From positions 186,001 through 250,000 of the forward strand of contig JBEUKZ010000031.1 in assembly GCA_048128005.1 (NCBI GenBank): a stretch of DNA of 64,000 nt. Direction: 5' to 3'. The position numbers and the translations under genes were made by a program. Source of the stretch: Veleropilina oligotropha (Eukaryota). This document shows positions 51,601 through 64,000 of this stretch, in pieces (within the stretch, counting starts at the first letter, position 1; every line of letters starts with the position of its first letter). The notes beneath the pieces were generated by a model. That model did no database searches. It worked only from the letters and a program-made list of their open reading frames with translations, and was not told where the DNA came from.

Positions 51601-54400
51601 AATTGCATTTTTACAATCTTAATTAAGCCACGGCTTGCTTTTGTGTTTTAAAATTGAACAGGTCATTGGAATGGAGTGTGTTGCAATGTCGTGTAGTGTT
51701 GCAGAAACTTTTGAAATTGCGTCATATAATTTAGTAAAAAGATCTGGATGTATTAATTGTTCTATACACAAAGAGATTGGAATAAATTCCAATCAACATT
51801 GTGAAGATTCCATATTTTCGTCTGTTCTTGATTGTTTGATTGCATGTGCTTTCTAACAAAATTGGAAAGTGATCACTTCAATTGATGAAAATGCATGACA
51901 AGGTCAATTGATGAAAATGAACCTATAGGTGGGCGCATGTATGTTGACGATTTGGTAGTGCTGAAATAACATAAGTTGTGTTTTTCAATAATGTCTTCGA
52001 CTTGATGCCCGTGTGTCAGTGTCGGCACCACTCTATATAACATTGATCGCATTAAAATCGCCACATAGTATAAATGGGGTTGGCAGTTGATTAACGAGTT
52101 CATCAAGGTCAGATGAATTTAGGTTCATGTTGGGAGGTAAATATACTGAGCATAGTGATTTTAACTGCTATTGTCGGTAAATTGGTTTGAGTTTGACCTT
52201 ACTATGTGGTGTTTTGTTGTTGACGATGATTAGTTTTAGTTTAAACTAAAACAATATTTTATTATTAATACATTTAAAGTTTACATTATTGCAATAGGAA
52301 GATCTAGCAACAAGAGTGGTATCTTATGTAAAGATATCTCCTCCGTTGAAAGTTACGTAACACACAAGTATAATATGGTAGAGGTACATATTATAATGGT
52401 TATTGCAAGAAAACAATGCGTTGAACATACAATGAGATGAGTATGTAGGTATGATCATGATATTAACAATGTTTGTTTTTAGTAGATACCAATAATGCAT
52501 GTATGGAAAACATACAAAAAGGAATTTATGAATACGAATATCATATTGTAGGTGAATATACAGTACGGTATTTGTCTTATTAGTTTGAGTATTGAGTATA
52601 GATTGACAATATCGGAAAGCAGTGGGCTACCGTTTAGTAAAATGTCAATGTTTGTTTGTTGTGTTAGTGTTCCTAAGGTTAGTTGCCTGGTGTCGTTGTA
52701 TCTGTTACATTCTAGAAAGTAGTGCTTGGCCGTTTCCTTAAGTCCACATGCGCAAGCATCAGATTGGGAAATATGATTTGTATATAAGTCGATGTTGAAC
52801 GAACAGCAGCTTAAACGTAAACGGGTATGATATACTTGTGCGTGTCTGTGTCCGCATAAATAATACGGAGGCGGGGTGCCAATATTTCTATTTAGATATG
52901 ATTTAAAATAGTAGTTAGATGGATCTAGTCTGATGTTCCTAGGAAGAACATTCCATTCTCTAATGGTTTTGGGTAAAAACGAATTCTGATAGAGATTCGT
53001 TCTCGATAAAGGAACTTGTATATTTGTACCATTTCATAAATTGACGATGATTGACCCCCCCCCCCCTGTTGCTTTGTCGCCTGTGTGACAATGTATGTTG
53101 TCTGTGAGTTTCATGTAAGTTTCGTTGGGGCAAAAGGCTATTGATTTATTATCATGGAAGATTAACTTCATCAAAATTGGCTTTAAGGCCTCGAAAATTT
53201 CATTGTATTAATGTGCCTGTCATGTTGAGCTAATTTTGTTTTGTAAATAATTGTTAGGAAGGAATGATATTGTTTGACTACTTGTGAGTTGGAAGTAGTG
53301 GTTTTTTGTTTGATTTAGATTTTGTTGTCATTGGATCATAGGCAAAGGGATGTTGTTTATGTGTATCTTTGGTCCCTGTTGTCTTTTAACCTCATCAGAG
53401 GCAGCAGCCATTTCTGTAGCCAGTTCATGGATGAAGTTATCAGGAAGGTCGCTTTGGTCCTCTGATGATTCGTCGTGATCCAGCATACGACCAAAGCGAT
53501 TATGCAGCTTAATTGGGTCATCAGACCCTTTGGGCTGCCTCTCTGGCTTAATCGCAACAGTCTCTTTTGTTGAGTGTTTAGATGGGCTACTAGTTGTTAA
53601 GATGGATAGCTTAGAAGTTTGTGTAGACGATTCTGATGATGACGGTTTGATTTGAGTTGGCAAAAACTTTAAGTTGATGTTGATTTGGTGGTAGATTATA
53701 AAATTTCTAAAGATGTGGCACCAAATGCCCATGCGATATCGGTTTTCACTGAAGAGGAGCGAGTGGTTGGTTTTGACTGTTGCTATAACTGCAGCAAAAG
53801 TTCCGCCCGAGGTCGTCTTGGATTCCACGAGCTCCCTGGATCTCTTTCTCGTGCTTCCATTTCGAGCAGTCCTTCGAAAAGCGAAATGCTTTCCTTTGGT
53901 GACATGATTTGTGTATTTGACTCATCATCCAAGCACCCTACCCACCAATTAATTGGAATCCTACAAGGGGACATTTAATGAGTGCGGTTTTCCAGCACTC
54001 AATGCCATGGATACAAGGGTGACGTACTCAAACAATAAAAGGATTGAGTGGTGGGAGTTGGTTTATCCACCATTCATTTCTCACTTGATTGACCCCAACC
54101 GCCGCCTTCTGGAATAAGGATCACATGGCTTGTCCCAAGCCAATTGATCAGACAGGGCTTATCTGACAATCCTTGTTGCCGAATCAGAGGCCAAAGTAGT
54201 GTGTTGCCTCAACTTAAACCAACAGCTTAGACAGAAACTCAACTACCAGGATCCTCTTCTCCGATACGACACGGGACGCCACCCACGGCAAACAGATGGC
54301 TCCCATTTAGGGGGATCATACCCCTCTCAGTCTGCAGGGAGGGAGCAGTCGGTAAATCCTAACCCCATACCTACAGGGAATTCTTATACACAAAGAACCT
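48657..54400 (-). mobile_element. Nimb/I-clade LINE, near full length, degenerate (ORF1 remnant, endonuclease, RT, RNase H)
   Basis: RT motifs (QCGFRRNRSTIDHL, VPQGTILS, LFVDDF; 50319-50945). RNase H motifs (IYTDGSK, WIPSHTGIEGNERSDKAAK; ~49340-49700). Endonuclease remnants at ~51870-53230, ORF1-like segment at ~53330-53930, (caat)n-type tail. 5' boundary approximate. Confidence 0.85.
52232..53040 (-). mobile_element. CR1/L2-superfamily LINE 3' end nested in the Nimb element
   Basis: SFLPKTIREWNVLP...HTRLRLSC...CACGLKETAKHYFLEC. 12-bp TSD ttgacgatgatt at 52220-52231 and 53041-53052. Confidence 0.82.
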
Positions 54401-55741
54401 GTTTCTTATATATAAAGAACCTGTTTCGATGAATATATCAGTTGAATAATATTATTATACACATGAATTATGAAAATAGAACTAAAGAAAATAGTTTTAC
54501 TGGTGTTATTATTTAAGAACGATCAATATTATTCTCCTACTATAGTGAGACATGCAAGCCTACACTTTTACGTAGGCTACAAAAATTCGCTTCTCTTTTT
54601 AGGAAAACATTTGTATATTATTAGACATTGAAATTTTTCTGAATGACAAACCTCGCTTTTACTATTTAATTATTTGATAATTATCGGCACAATCATCACT
54701 TGATCGCTCTTGTGTTGTTTTATGCAAGTCTGCCCATATATGCGGATTGAAAATTAAAGTTATTTCATTTGTTTTGAAAGATCATGACACTGCCTTGGCA
54801 ATAAAGAAAGAATAAGCACGAATAACAATGTTATCTGCCTAACGTACCATATAAAGAAAACTAACTAGAATACTTTAGACTCGGACATCATAATGCATAT
54901 TATCAGAAACATTGCATGGACTCTTTCAAAATTCAACCTTTTAAAAATAGACATAAATTATAATAGACAGTTTATTGGTGTGCACGCACGCCCTGAGCAA
55001 CATAGTAGTCATTATTGAATTTGGCTCAGTAATACTGTAATTCAGATTCAAAATGTCGAGCTGTGCATTGGTTGGGGACGAGATGTTTTTCGAACGTGGT
55101 CTGGAGAAATAGTTTCGCAACTAGATCACCTCATCAACTCTCCAGATTAGAAAAGTACGGATACTCTGTACATTATTGATGCATGTAGTGTTGAGAAATT
55201 GCGTCTTTGTGTAGGAGAGGGACAACCTTTTCCAGGTAAGTATATTTTTGAGGCGGGCATGAGAACCGGAAGTTATGTAATTTTTGTTTTGATCACGAGA
55301 AATGTGTGATTGTCCAGGTCATTGTCCAGTGAGGCGATAACTTGGTGAACTCGTTGCGGGTCCTGCGATAACTCATAAGTTCACCACGGTGTCGTGGTCT
55401 ATTGTAAACATGAACATTTGATCACACGTTGTTTAGAGACTGCTTGATCTCACTACTGAAAATGGCGCGGTCGGTAATGGTCGGAAGCACCGTTTGTGGT
55501 GTGATTGGACTTGTGTTTGTTGGGGTCGGTTGCGGTCTCATCTTCATTTTTAAACACATAACTGTGAACACAGTAAATAAGGTAATAATTTGGTAGATTT
55601 GCACCATAATTTACTGTAGTACGGTGCATCTTAGTATGGTTCTAAAGATTCATTGGATTGTGTTCGTAAGGCAGTATTTCCTTGAACTTTTCAAAGTGTC
55701 AATGCCTGGCGATCAGTGCTAGCCTACTTGTAAGTCCCTCC

Positions 55742-58700
55742 TTTTTGGCTCGCATGCAACGCAGATGCGAGCCTATGTAATGATGAGGTACGTCCGTCCG
55801 TCCGTCCGGCCGTCCGTCCGTCCGGCCGGCCGTCTGTCCGGCCGTCCGCAGTGAATGTTAAAGTTTTTCAATTATGCTATATAGGCAATCCTGTGCTCTC
55901 TTTATCATAATTGTATTGTAGATATGTCTATTCCCATGTTGCAGAACACTACACTATTAATATTAAATGTAATTTAAATACAATTTTCCTTCAAAATGCT
56001 GCTTTTGGACTTAAGACATTTTAAATGTTCAAGTTTTTCAATAATACTATATATAGGCAAACATGTGCACTCTTTATCATCGTATTATTTGACATAATGT
56101 CTACTGCAATATTGCCCTACACTATGACAGTAATATGGAATGTAATTTAAATTAAATTTTACTTCAAAAGTGATACTTCTGGACATAGAAATTATTTTGT
56201 TAAAGTTTTTCAATGATGCTATATAATACCTGACATTGAAACTTTTTAGCATCATTGAACATTAGATATGTTTATTTCAATATCTCATGCCACCAGAGCA
56301 GTATTATGTAAGGTAAATTAAATCTATTTTATCTCAAAAATAGAAATTATTTGAGATTTTAACTTGGGAAATTTTATAAAGTTAAATGTTGAAGTTTTTT
56401 TATCAATGTTACACTCTCTTCATGCTTTCTATGTATGACTTGCATGCAAAGCAGATGCAGGCCTATGTAATGATGATGTCCGTCCGTCTGTCTGTCTGGC
56501 TCTCCGCTGTGAATGTTAAAGTTTTTCAATCATGCTATATAGGCAACCATGTGCTCTCTTTTTATTATAGATATATGTCTATTACCATGTTGCACAACAC
56601 TATAACAGTAATATTGAATGTAATTTAAATAAAATTTTACTTCAAATTGCTGCTTTTGGACTTAGAAATATTGAATGTTAAAGTTTTAAATAATGCTTTT
56701 CAATATAGGCAAACATGTGCACTCTTTATCATCATTTTTATTCTTCTCCAATGCTACACGACACTATAACACTAATATTGAATGTAATTTAAATCTAATT
56801 ATACTTCAAAATGCTAGTTCTGAATTTAAAAAATATTTTGTTAAAGTTTTGTTCAAACTTTTCCGTTGAATTTGATTAACATAATATTATGTGTGCTTAT
56901 GTACATAGTGCATGGCATGTGGTATACTGTAACTTGTCAAATAAAATTTTAACACAGTCATGTCTACGTCGCAATTTTAATGCCCGCGCCGAAGGCGAAA
57001 GGGCATATTGTTTCTGTACCGTCCGGCATCAACAATTTGGTTAAAGTTTTTCGTTGAGTGTATATGGGTGTTCCACGGGACTTTTTAATGTATGTATGCT
57101 TTGTTATAGGTTTAATATATGGATATCATCTGATGCTCTGGCAATGATATTTAATACAATTTTATATAATTAATGAAAATATGATGGTCTCTTTGGACAT
57201 AGAAGTTTATGTGAATTTTAGGTTAAAGTTTTTTGTGTTTCCGCTCTACAGTGAAAAGTTCTAATCCGATTTGATTCAAATTCGGTATGCAAGTTAGTTT
57301 TCATGTGTGTGTGCTCTACAGTGAAGAGTTCTATTCCGATTTCATTCAAATTTGGTATGCACGTTCGTTATGATGTGCACACGCCGACTAACTCGTTTTT
57401 GGATTCAAGATGGCTGCCGTGGTGGCCATTTTGTTTTGAAGATATTTCTTGTATCCGTTGTACAGTGAAGAGTTCTATTCTGATTTGATTCAACATCAGT
57501 ATGCACGTTCATTATGATGAGGACATGCCGTCTAACGGTTTTGGTCGATTTTGCGTTCAATATGGCTGCCATGGTGGCCATTTTGTTTTGAAGAAATTTC
57601 TTGTGTCTGTTCTACAGTGAAGACTTCTATCCAGATATGATTCAAATTCGGTATGCATGTTCATTATGATGAGGACACCGCCTAACGATTTTTTCGATTT
57701 CGGATTCAACATGGCCACCGTGGTGGCCATTTTGTTTTGAAGAAATTTCTTGTGTGTGCTCTACACTATATTCTATTCTGATTTCATTCAAATTCGGTAT
57801 GCACGTTCGTTATGATGTGGGCACGCAGACTAACGATTTTCGTCGTTTTCAGATTCAAGATGGCCGCTGTGGTGGCCATTTTATTTGGAATATATCTCTT
57901 GCATCCGCTCTACAGTGAAGAGTTCTATTCTGATTGATTCAAAATCAGTATGCACGTTCATTATGATGAGGATACACCTCCTAATGATTTTTGTCATTTT
58001 GGTTTCAAGATGGCTGCCGTGGTGGTCATTTTGTTTTGAAAGTATACCTTCTGTGAGCTCTATATTAAAAAGTTCTTATCCTATTTCAATCAAATTAGAT
58101 ATACACTTTTGGTATGATGAGGACACGATACCTATCGATTTTCAGATTCAAGATGGCTGCCCTGGCAAACATTTTGTTTTGAATAGATTTCTTGTTTGCA
58201 CTCGACAATGAAAATTTCTAATCCTATTGGATTCAAATTCGGTGTGCATGTTGATGAGTTAAGATGACGCCATGCCACCTAACGATTGTCGTCGTTTTTA
58301 TTAACGAAGGCCGCCATGGTGGGCATTTTGTTTTGAAGAGTTTTCTTGTGTGCGCTCTATAGAGGAAAATTCTTATCCGATCTCATTCAAATTCGGTATG
58401 GACGTTAGTCATTATGATGACACGGCGTGTAACGATATTCGTCGTTTTCGGATTCAAGATGGCCGCCGTGGTGGCCATTTTGTTTTGGAGAAATTTCTTG
58501 TATCCACTCTACAGTGAAGAGTTCTATTCTGATTTGATTCCAAATCAGTATGCACGTTCATTATGATGAGGACACAGCTCCTAACGATTTTTGTCGTTTT
58601 CGGATTCAAGATGGCCGCCGTGGTGGCCATTTTGTTTTGAAGATTCCAATAATTCAATGTTGCTGATTAACATTTTATCTTGGCCACTATTATCACAGAG

Positions 58701-59062
58701 CCATGCATTACTATAAATCAACAAATTTATGCTTCCACTTAATAATAAAATATGTGTATTAAGACTTTTGCAGTCTGCTTGTCAAAATATATTGGTTTCT
58801 TAACCTTTCCTGTGTGGAGTTTATTTTGACTCTGCATGTAGTTTTTAGGGCACTATATTTTGACTGTATACTTATATGTGAGCCGCGTACAGGGAAGGGC
58901 ATGGGCCCACATATATACCGGAGTCGCATACGAAGGGTTATAATGGTGAATCCAACGTCGTAAAACATTATATTACTTTGGTTGTTTTAGAGCTGGGATG
59001 GCTACAGTACTATAGAAATATATGAGTCATGCGAGCCATTTCACGGCTTTGACGTTCTAGTT
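55742..59062 (+). mobile_element. Compound Helentron/HINE-like element (nested heads at ~56430 and ~56975)
   Basis: Sub-TIR ggctcgcatg (~55747) / catgcgagcc (~59028), (GTCC)n microsatellite, ends ctagtt; internal tandem arrays. Confidence 0.7.
57230..58645. repeat. ~150-bp satellite array (~9-10 units)
   Basis: Recurring tacagtgaagagttctatt...ttcaaattcggtatgcacgtt...ttcaagatggccgccgtggtggccattttgttttg at ~150-bp spacing. Confidence 0.9.
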
Positions 59063-59381
59063 AAGTACTGTACTGGTATTGCAGGTCTAACATTGTTTTT
59101 AACGCTTTATATAGCGCAAGAACTAATATAAACTGAAGACAGAAATAATCGCTAGATTTTCGTAAAGAACGCACACTCTGAGATCAATTAATTGATCATA
59201 TCACAAAATACAAGTAAATGAGGAAAATTATAAATTAATAATTGTTGTGCATATTCGTATGAGTGACCACTCCGTAATAATGTATAATATAACCTAGTTA
59301 CGTTTGTTTTTGCTAGCAGTCGCTACCTACAGACAGAGTATTCTATTAGATTTTATAGTAGGAAATACGAAAACGAGACTT

Positions 59382-59601
59382 CCTGCCTAAGTTAACTTGG
59401 GCTTGCCGTGGTAAGTTCGGCACAGCCGAAGTTAACCTGGGCAGTGCCCAAGTCCAAGTTAACCTGGGCAGTGCCCAAGTCCAAGTTAACCTGGGCAGTG
59501 CCCAAGTCCAAGTTAACCTGGGCAGTGCCCAAGTCCAAGTTAACCTGGGCAGTGCCCAAGTCCAAGTTAACATGGGCAGTGCCCAAGTTAACTTCAGCAG
59601 G
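59382..59601. repeat. Small TIR element with a 27-bp palindromic minisatellite (~6 copies)
   Basis: Unit aagttaacctgggcagtgcccaagtcc from 59429. Ends cctgcctaagttaacttggg / cccaagttaacttcagcagg are inverted. Confidence 0.85.
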
Positions 59602-59609
59602 TGTGGAAA

Positions 59610-61850
59610 GTTGGGCTGTAACAGTACCATCACCTCCGACCTAAAGTGGAATTAACACATAGACAATATCTGTAATAAAGCCAACCAGACTTGGTTTTCT
59701 GAAAAGGAACTTAACATCAGTAACAAAAGGCTGAAAGAAAATGAGTAGAAATCTCTAGTAAGACTAACACTAGAGTTTTCGAGTGCGGTATGGGATCTGT
59801 ACCAACAGAACATGAAACATCTACTTGTAATGGTTCAGCATCGAGATGCTAGATACGTACGTCACCAACAAGTATCGTTATACAGTGGATTCCACTCAAT
59901 TGCATAACGCTTAATTGCATATTTCGGCAATTTGCATAAAATCTTCAGGAACAGAATATTTTGCTATTACATGTAATATCATATGCTAAAGATCGTTTAA
60001 TTGATTGCATAATGTTGCGATTTCCGCTTACTTGCAAAATAAGTTTCCGATTGCATAATTTACAAAGTAGTACAAAATTGTTCATAAAATTGCTAAATTG
60101 ATCTAAATACTTGTGCATTTGCCAATATTCCCTCAGCTACGTCATCGCAAACACTGTATGCCATATTAAAATCGATCAAGTGAAGTTTGAAGTAGTCCTA
60201 TGTCGTGTCGGCATCAAAAAGGATATTTGTCTTGAGCTAAATTCAATAGATTTAAGGCCTATAGTATACTATAAATGATCGCCGTTCTTTGATTTCAGAA
60301 TTATTAATTAGCAAATTCACACATGATAATCAGATTAAAAATCTATTGTTCCGAATCCACCTGCCAGACTGTTGAGTTTATCTGAACACAAAATCGATGA
60401 TTAGGATTATGGATCAATGTGAACGGTTCTGCTACGTCCAAATGTTCATGTGCACAGCACTTGTTTGCCGATAAATTACATAATTCTAAAACAACAACAA
60501 CACTTGTAATAATTAACTCAGCTGTTCTTACAATATGAGAAATATTATCTCCCTTGTTTTAGTGTCCATGTACGTAGCTTCGACATTATGAACTGTGGTG
60601 ATTTAAATATTATTAGGATTATTATTAGCTTGTCTGTTGCAAATTCCCTTCCGTTCTATATCTCCGATACTATTTCACCTAGGGACACGAAACATGACGT
60701 GTGCATGCGTCATAACCTAAGGGTGTGTCGCGTACCGAAAGTAGGTCACCGCGACCTACTTTTCATGCTTGACTGCACTTGATCCTAAATTCATATCTTC
60801 CATACTATTTGACAGAGGGATATGAAACTAGATGTATGTATGCATCATAATGCAAAGGTGTCTAAAATTTCCTTCCACTCCATATCTACCATACTAATTG
60901 ACCGAGGGACATGAAACTTCATGTGTGTATCACTATGCAACAGCCTGTTTCTAGGTCAAACGCTTTCGTGAGGGCATATCATCACTCCTGTGATAGCTCT
61001 AACGAGTATTAATTTGTACATGAAGACAATGTCTTTTAATGTTTTTATATCATATCATACGTATACTGAAATAATTAAATCTCGTTATAATTATTCAATA
61101 ATTGTAAAAATTTGATTCAAGATTAAATCATCATTTTTCAACATGGCGACCAATATATATAAACATGATACACGTGTTCAGCAGAAGAGAAACATTCTGA
61201 ATATGAATTTCCACACCTTAGAAATTTATGAAATGTGGTGATACGCTTTCGAAACTCATACCAATTCTACTGAAACAGGCCAGTCACCTTCTGACAGGTC
61301 AGAATAACCATAAAATTTTGTGTACATATAATCCTTATTTATGGAATGCAATATACATAACGCATACCGTTAAAATTAAATATAATAGCAAGAAGTCACT
61401 AATGATAACACAAGGTATAAACTTTTCTTTGTACATGTCTATCAAACTAGTGACCAGTCAATCTTAGCCACGTAACTATGTCTTTGTCTTTCCGCTGAGA
61501 ACGAAGTTCCGGAGATTGCTGAACACTATCTAACGGATATACGCATACTCCGGATATTTGCATAATTTCTTGCACCACATGTCCTATGCAAATAAGCGAA
61601 ATCCAATGTACAGCCTTTGTTACTTCCATGCTAAACAATCTAAGATGGAAAATTAACCCTTAAAGAGAGGACGAAAACTGCCCGACTCGCTATGTTTTAC
61701 AAAATTGTAAATGATATATATTGTCAAAATCGAAGCAAAGGACAGACTAATACCATGCATCAAGAGGCATTTCAAATTCCAGCATGCAAAAGTGATTACC
61801 GGGAAGGAATCCTACTTCCCAAGAACCATTAGAAACTGGAATGCACTACT
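59610..61850 (+). mobile_element. L2/Daphne-like LINE 3' fragment split by a TA-target MITE
   Basis: ITSDLKWN.HIDNICNKAN...SLVR..LEFSSAVWD (59610-59882) resumes at 61609 as TAFVTSML...RLAMFYKIVN...YFPRTIRNWNAL. Confidence 0.75.
59883..61608. mobile_element. Tc1/mariner/pogo-type non-autonomous element (TA TSD)
   Basis: TA|cagtggattccactcaattgcata ... tatgcaaataagcgaaatccaatg|TA. Excision restores the LINE reading frame. Contains HINE-like pieces at ~60625-61000. Confidence 0.75.
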
Positions 61851-62378
61851 CACCAGGTTGGGGAGAAGTCACTTTTCGGGATATATATCTTATTCGGAAT
61901 TTAAAATATATCCCGATCGGGATATACAATTTTGAAAATCATTTTTTGTAGTCGTATAACAAAAATCGAGAAAATGCATGTATACAACAGGCTATATATT
62001 AATATAATTATAAGTAAATAATGTTGTCAAATTGAGCAACACTGGTTATTAATTTAACGGCTATTATCGACGAAAAAATCTGATTTCGTCGATTTTTTTC
62101 AATTTCATAGCATTATTTACTTTTAAAACATTTCTGTGACGTCATCTATTGTTCTGGGCAGTTGTTTATTCTGCCTATTCAATCGAAGAACAAAGCTTTC
62201 TTGGCGCAGAAGTGGTTTCTTTTCTGGGCATTCAACTAATCCACACCAATCAAGGACTCTCATTGAACTAATCCATCCAATTAAAGACCCTATTCAACTA
62301 TTCCACTCCAATTAACTACAATAGAGGTACCTGGTGGGGAATGAGGCTATTGTTCAATGGTGAAATGTTTTAAGTGAC

Positions 62379-62624
62379 ATAAACTACTGGATAGCGTTGA
62401 ATAGTTCAGAGAAAACACTCCTGTCTCGGGCCTCACGGCCCTCGACAGGAGTGTTTTCTCTGAACTATTCAACGCTTAGCATAATAATCCAGTAGTTTAT
62501 CACGGCCCGAGAAAGGAGTGTTTTCTCTGAACTATTCAACGCTTAGCATAATAATCCAGTAGTTTATCACGGCCCGAGAAAGGAGTGTTTTCTCTGAACT
62601 ATTCAATGCTATCCAGTAGTTTAT
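62379..62624. repeat. Long hairpin with right arm triplicated
   Basis: Left arm 62379-62432 pairs with three tandem right arms starting at 62434, 62501 and 62568. Confidence 0.85.
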
Positions 62625-63129
62625 CCCATACATAAATATTGGCTCTCATGTACTTCATTTGGTCGATTTTTGTTATTTGACTGCAAAAAACGATTTTTGA
62701 AATTGTATATCCTGATCGGGATATATTTTATGTCCTGATTGAGACATATATCCCGATCGGGAATTCGGGATATATATGTCCCGAAACCAAATATGCTCAA
62801 ATCATGCGTTTCGGTTACTACTTTTGAGTCCTTAAAGTCTCTGCTGCAGTCAAATAAAAAACGTGGCAAAATAATCAATAATTTGACGGTGGCCATTAAC
62901 TGGCAGAGGCCGAAGAAGAAGTTGGCATGCCATCATGCAGAGGCCAGTGGAACAACGAAGGCATTACACAACATGATGACCATGACATAACATGCTTGTG
63001 AACATCTTTCATTTATCTTTCCGGTCATATACTATTTGTTCACATAAAATTCTGATAAAAGTATTTTAATTTGGATTTAGTACTGTAGTACCAGCATACC
63101 ACCTCTTTATCAGGTCGGGGAGAAGTCAC

Positions 63130-64000
63130 TTTTTAACCCCAGCTTAAAAAAAGCTGGGGTTATTGTCATCGCCCGAGGCGGACGGGCGGTTCATGTTGTC
63201 CGGCCTATATCTTGGCTACCAAACATGTTACCTCAATTTCATATGGTATGCTAACTACCCTTATCATATGCTAGTGCATGGTGGCAAAATTTCATGTGAA
63301 TGACCTTTGACCTTGCGGCAATGACCTTTGACCCTTCAATTTTGTCCGGGCCGTTTCTCGGAGACCAAACATGCTAGCCTTCGGTTCTAATTTTGCTCAT
63401 TTGGCCTTTGACCTCTGCGTAGTGACCTTCACAAATTTTCTATATTTAGAATTTTTTTATTTTTCGTCATTTGTTAATTCTTTGGTGCCAAACTATTTCT
63501 TTAGGGTTAGTACATCATAATAATAACAAATACGAAAAATGGCGTTTGGTCAAAGGTCAAGGTCACAGAGGTCAAAATATAGATTATATACGCACAATTT
63601 GCGGACTTTGTGAGACTCTAGCCTACCCATTATGATAGCTATATGGAGACATATTATGACATATGGACTACCGTTATCATGCTCTAGATCATGGTGGGTA
63701 ATATTGCACAGGAATGATTTTTGACCTTGCCACAATAACCTTTGACCCTGAAATTTTGTCCGGGCTGCTTCTCGGAGACTCAGCATGGTAGCCTTTTAAT
63801 TTTTATGCCACCACCAATTTATTGGGGTGGCATTTAGATTTACTCTTGTCCGTCCCGTCCGTCCGTCCCGTCCGTCCGTCCCGTCCGTCCGTCCCGAAAC
63901 CAGTATTTGCGTGTAAGCAACTCCAATCTGCTATAACTTCTATTTGCCTTCATGGATTGACTTGATACTTTGTACACTGTCCCTATGGTCAAGGCTGCCA
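63130..64000 (+). mobile_element. Two HINE-like heads (63130 and ~63800) with tgacct-rich repeats
   Basis: Terminal stems aaccccagctt...aagctggggtt and atgccacc...ggtggcat, followed by GC-rich/(GTCC)n microsatellites. The second runs off the window. Confidence 0.65.

Noticed and set aside
55046..55240. Possible plus-strand exon ending at ccag|gtaagt (~55235)
   Set aside because: All three frames from the nearest acceptor contain stops and no homology was recognised. It could be non-coding but is unsupported.
59429..59593. CRISPR-like array of palindromic 27-bp repeats
   Set aside because: Units are directly adjacent with no unique spacers, there are no cas genes, and the context is eukaryotic. 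It is a minisatellite.
62434..62624. CRISPR-like repeats
   Set aside because: Tandem copies of one hairpin arm with no spacers.

Overview
AT-rich eukaryotic (invertebrate, probably lophotrochozoan-like) genomic DNA dominated by transposable-element debris. Host genes supported by the sequence: the last two coding exons of YRDC (+, 2122-2771); a complete three-coding-exon, 10-cysteine GPI-anchored Ly6/uPAR (quiver/sleepless-like) gene (-, 6055-9965) that the ORF track splits; and a single-coding-exon ~790-aa type II membrane protein resembling DUF229 / alkaline-phosphatase-superfamily proteins, with apparently degenerate catalytic motifs (-, 38986-41358). Mobile DNA includes about a dozen copies of a tRNA-derived SINE; CR1, L2/Crack, RTE and Nimb/I-clade LINE pieces; a fossil Sola-type transposase; a full-length but inactivated hAT element; Kolobok-, piggyBac-, Harbinger- and mariner-type MITEs; and several Helentron/HINE-like elements carrying satellites. 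The most striking structure is a Crypton-type tyrosine-recombinase element (33075-34820). It has a 144-nt terminal hairpin whose only mismatches are tandem G.A pairs, capped by GCGAAAGC, and an internal site complementary to the joined ends (DIRS ICR-like). This suggests a folded single-stranded DNA intermediate. Three similar orphan hairpins occur elsewhere in the window. All family assignments come from motif recognition by eye; no database search was run.
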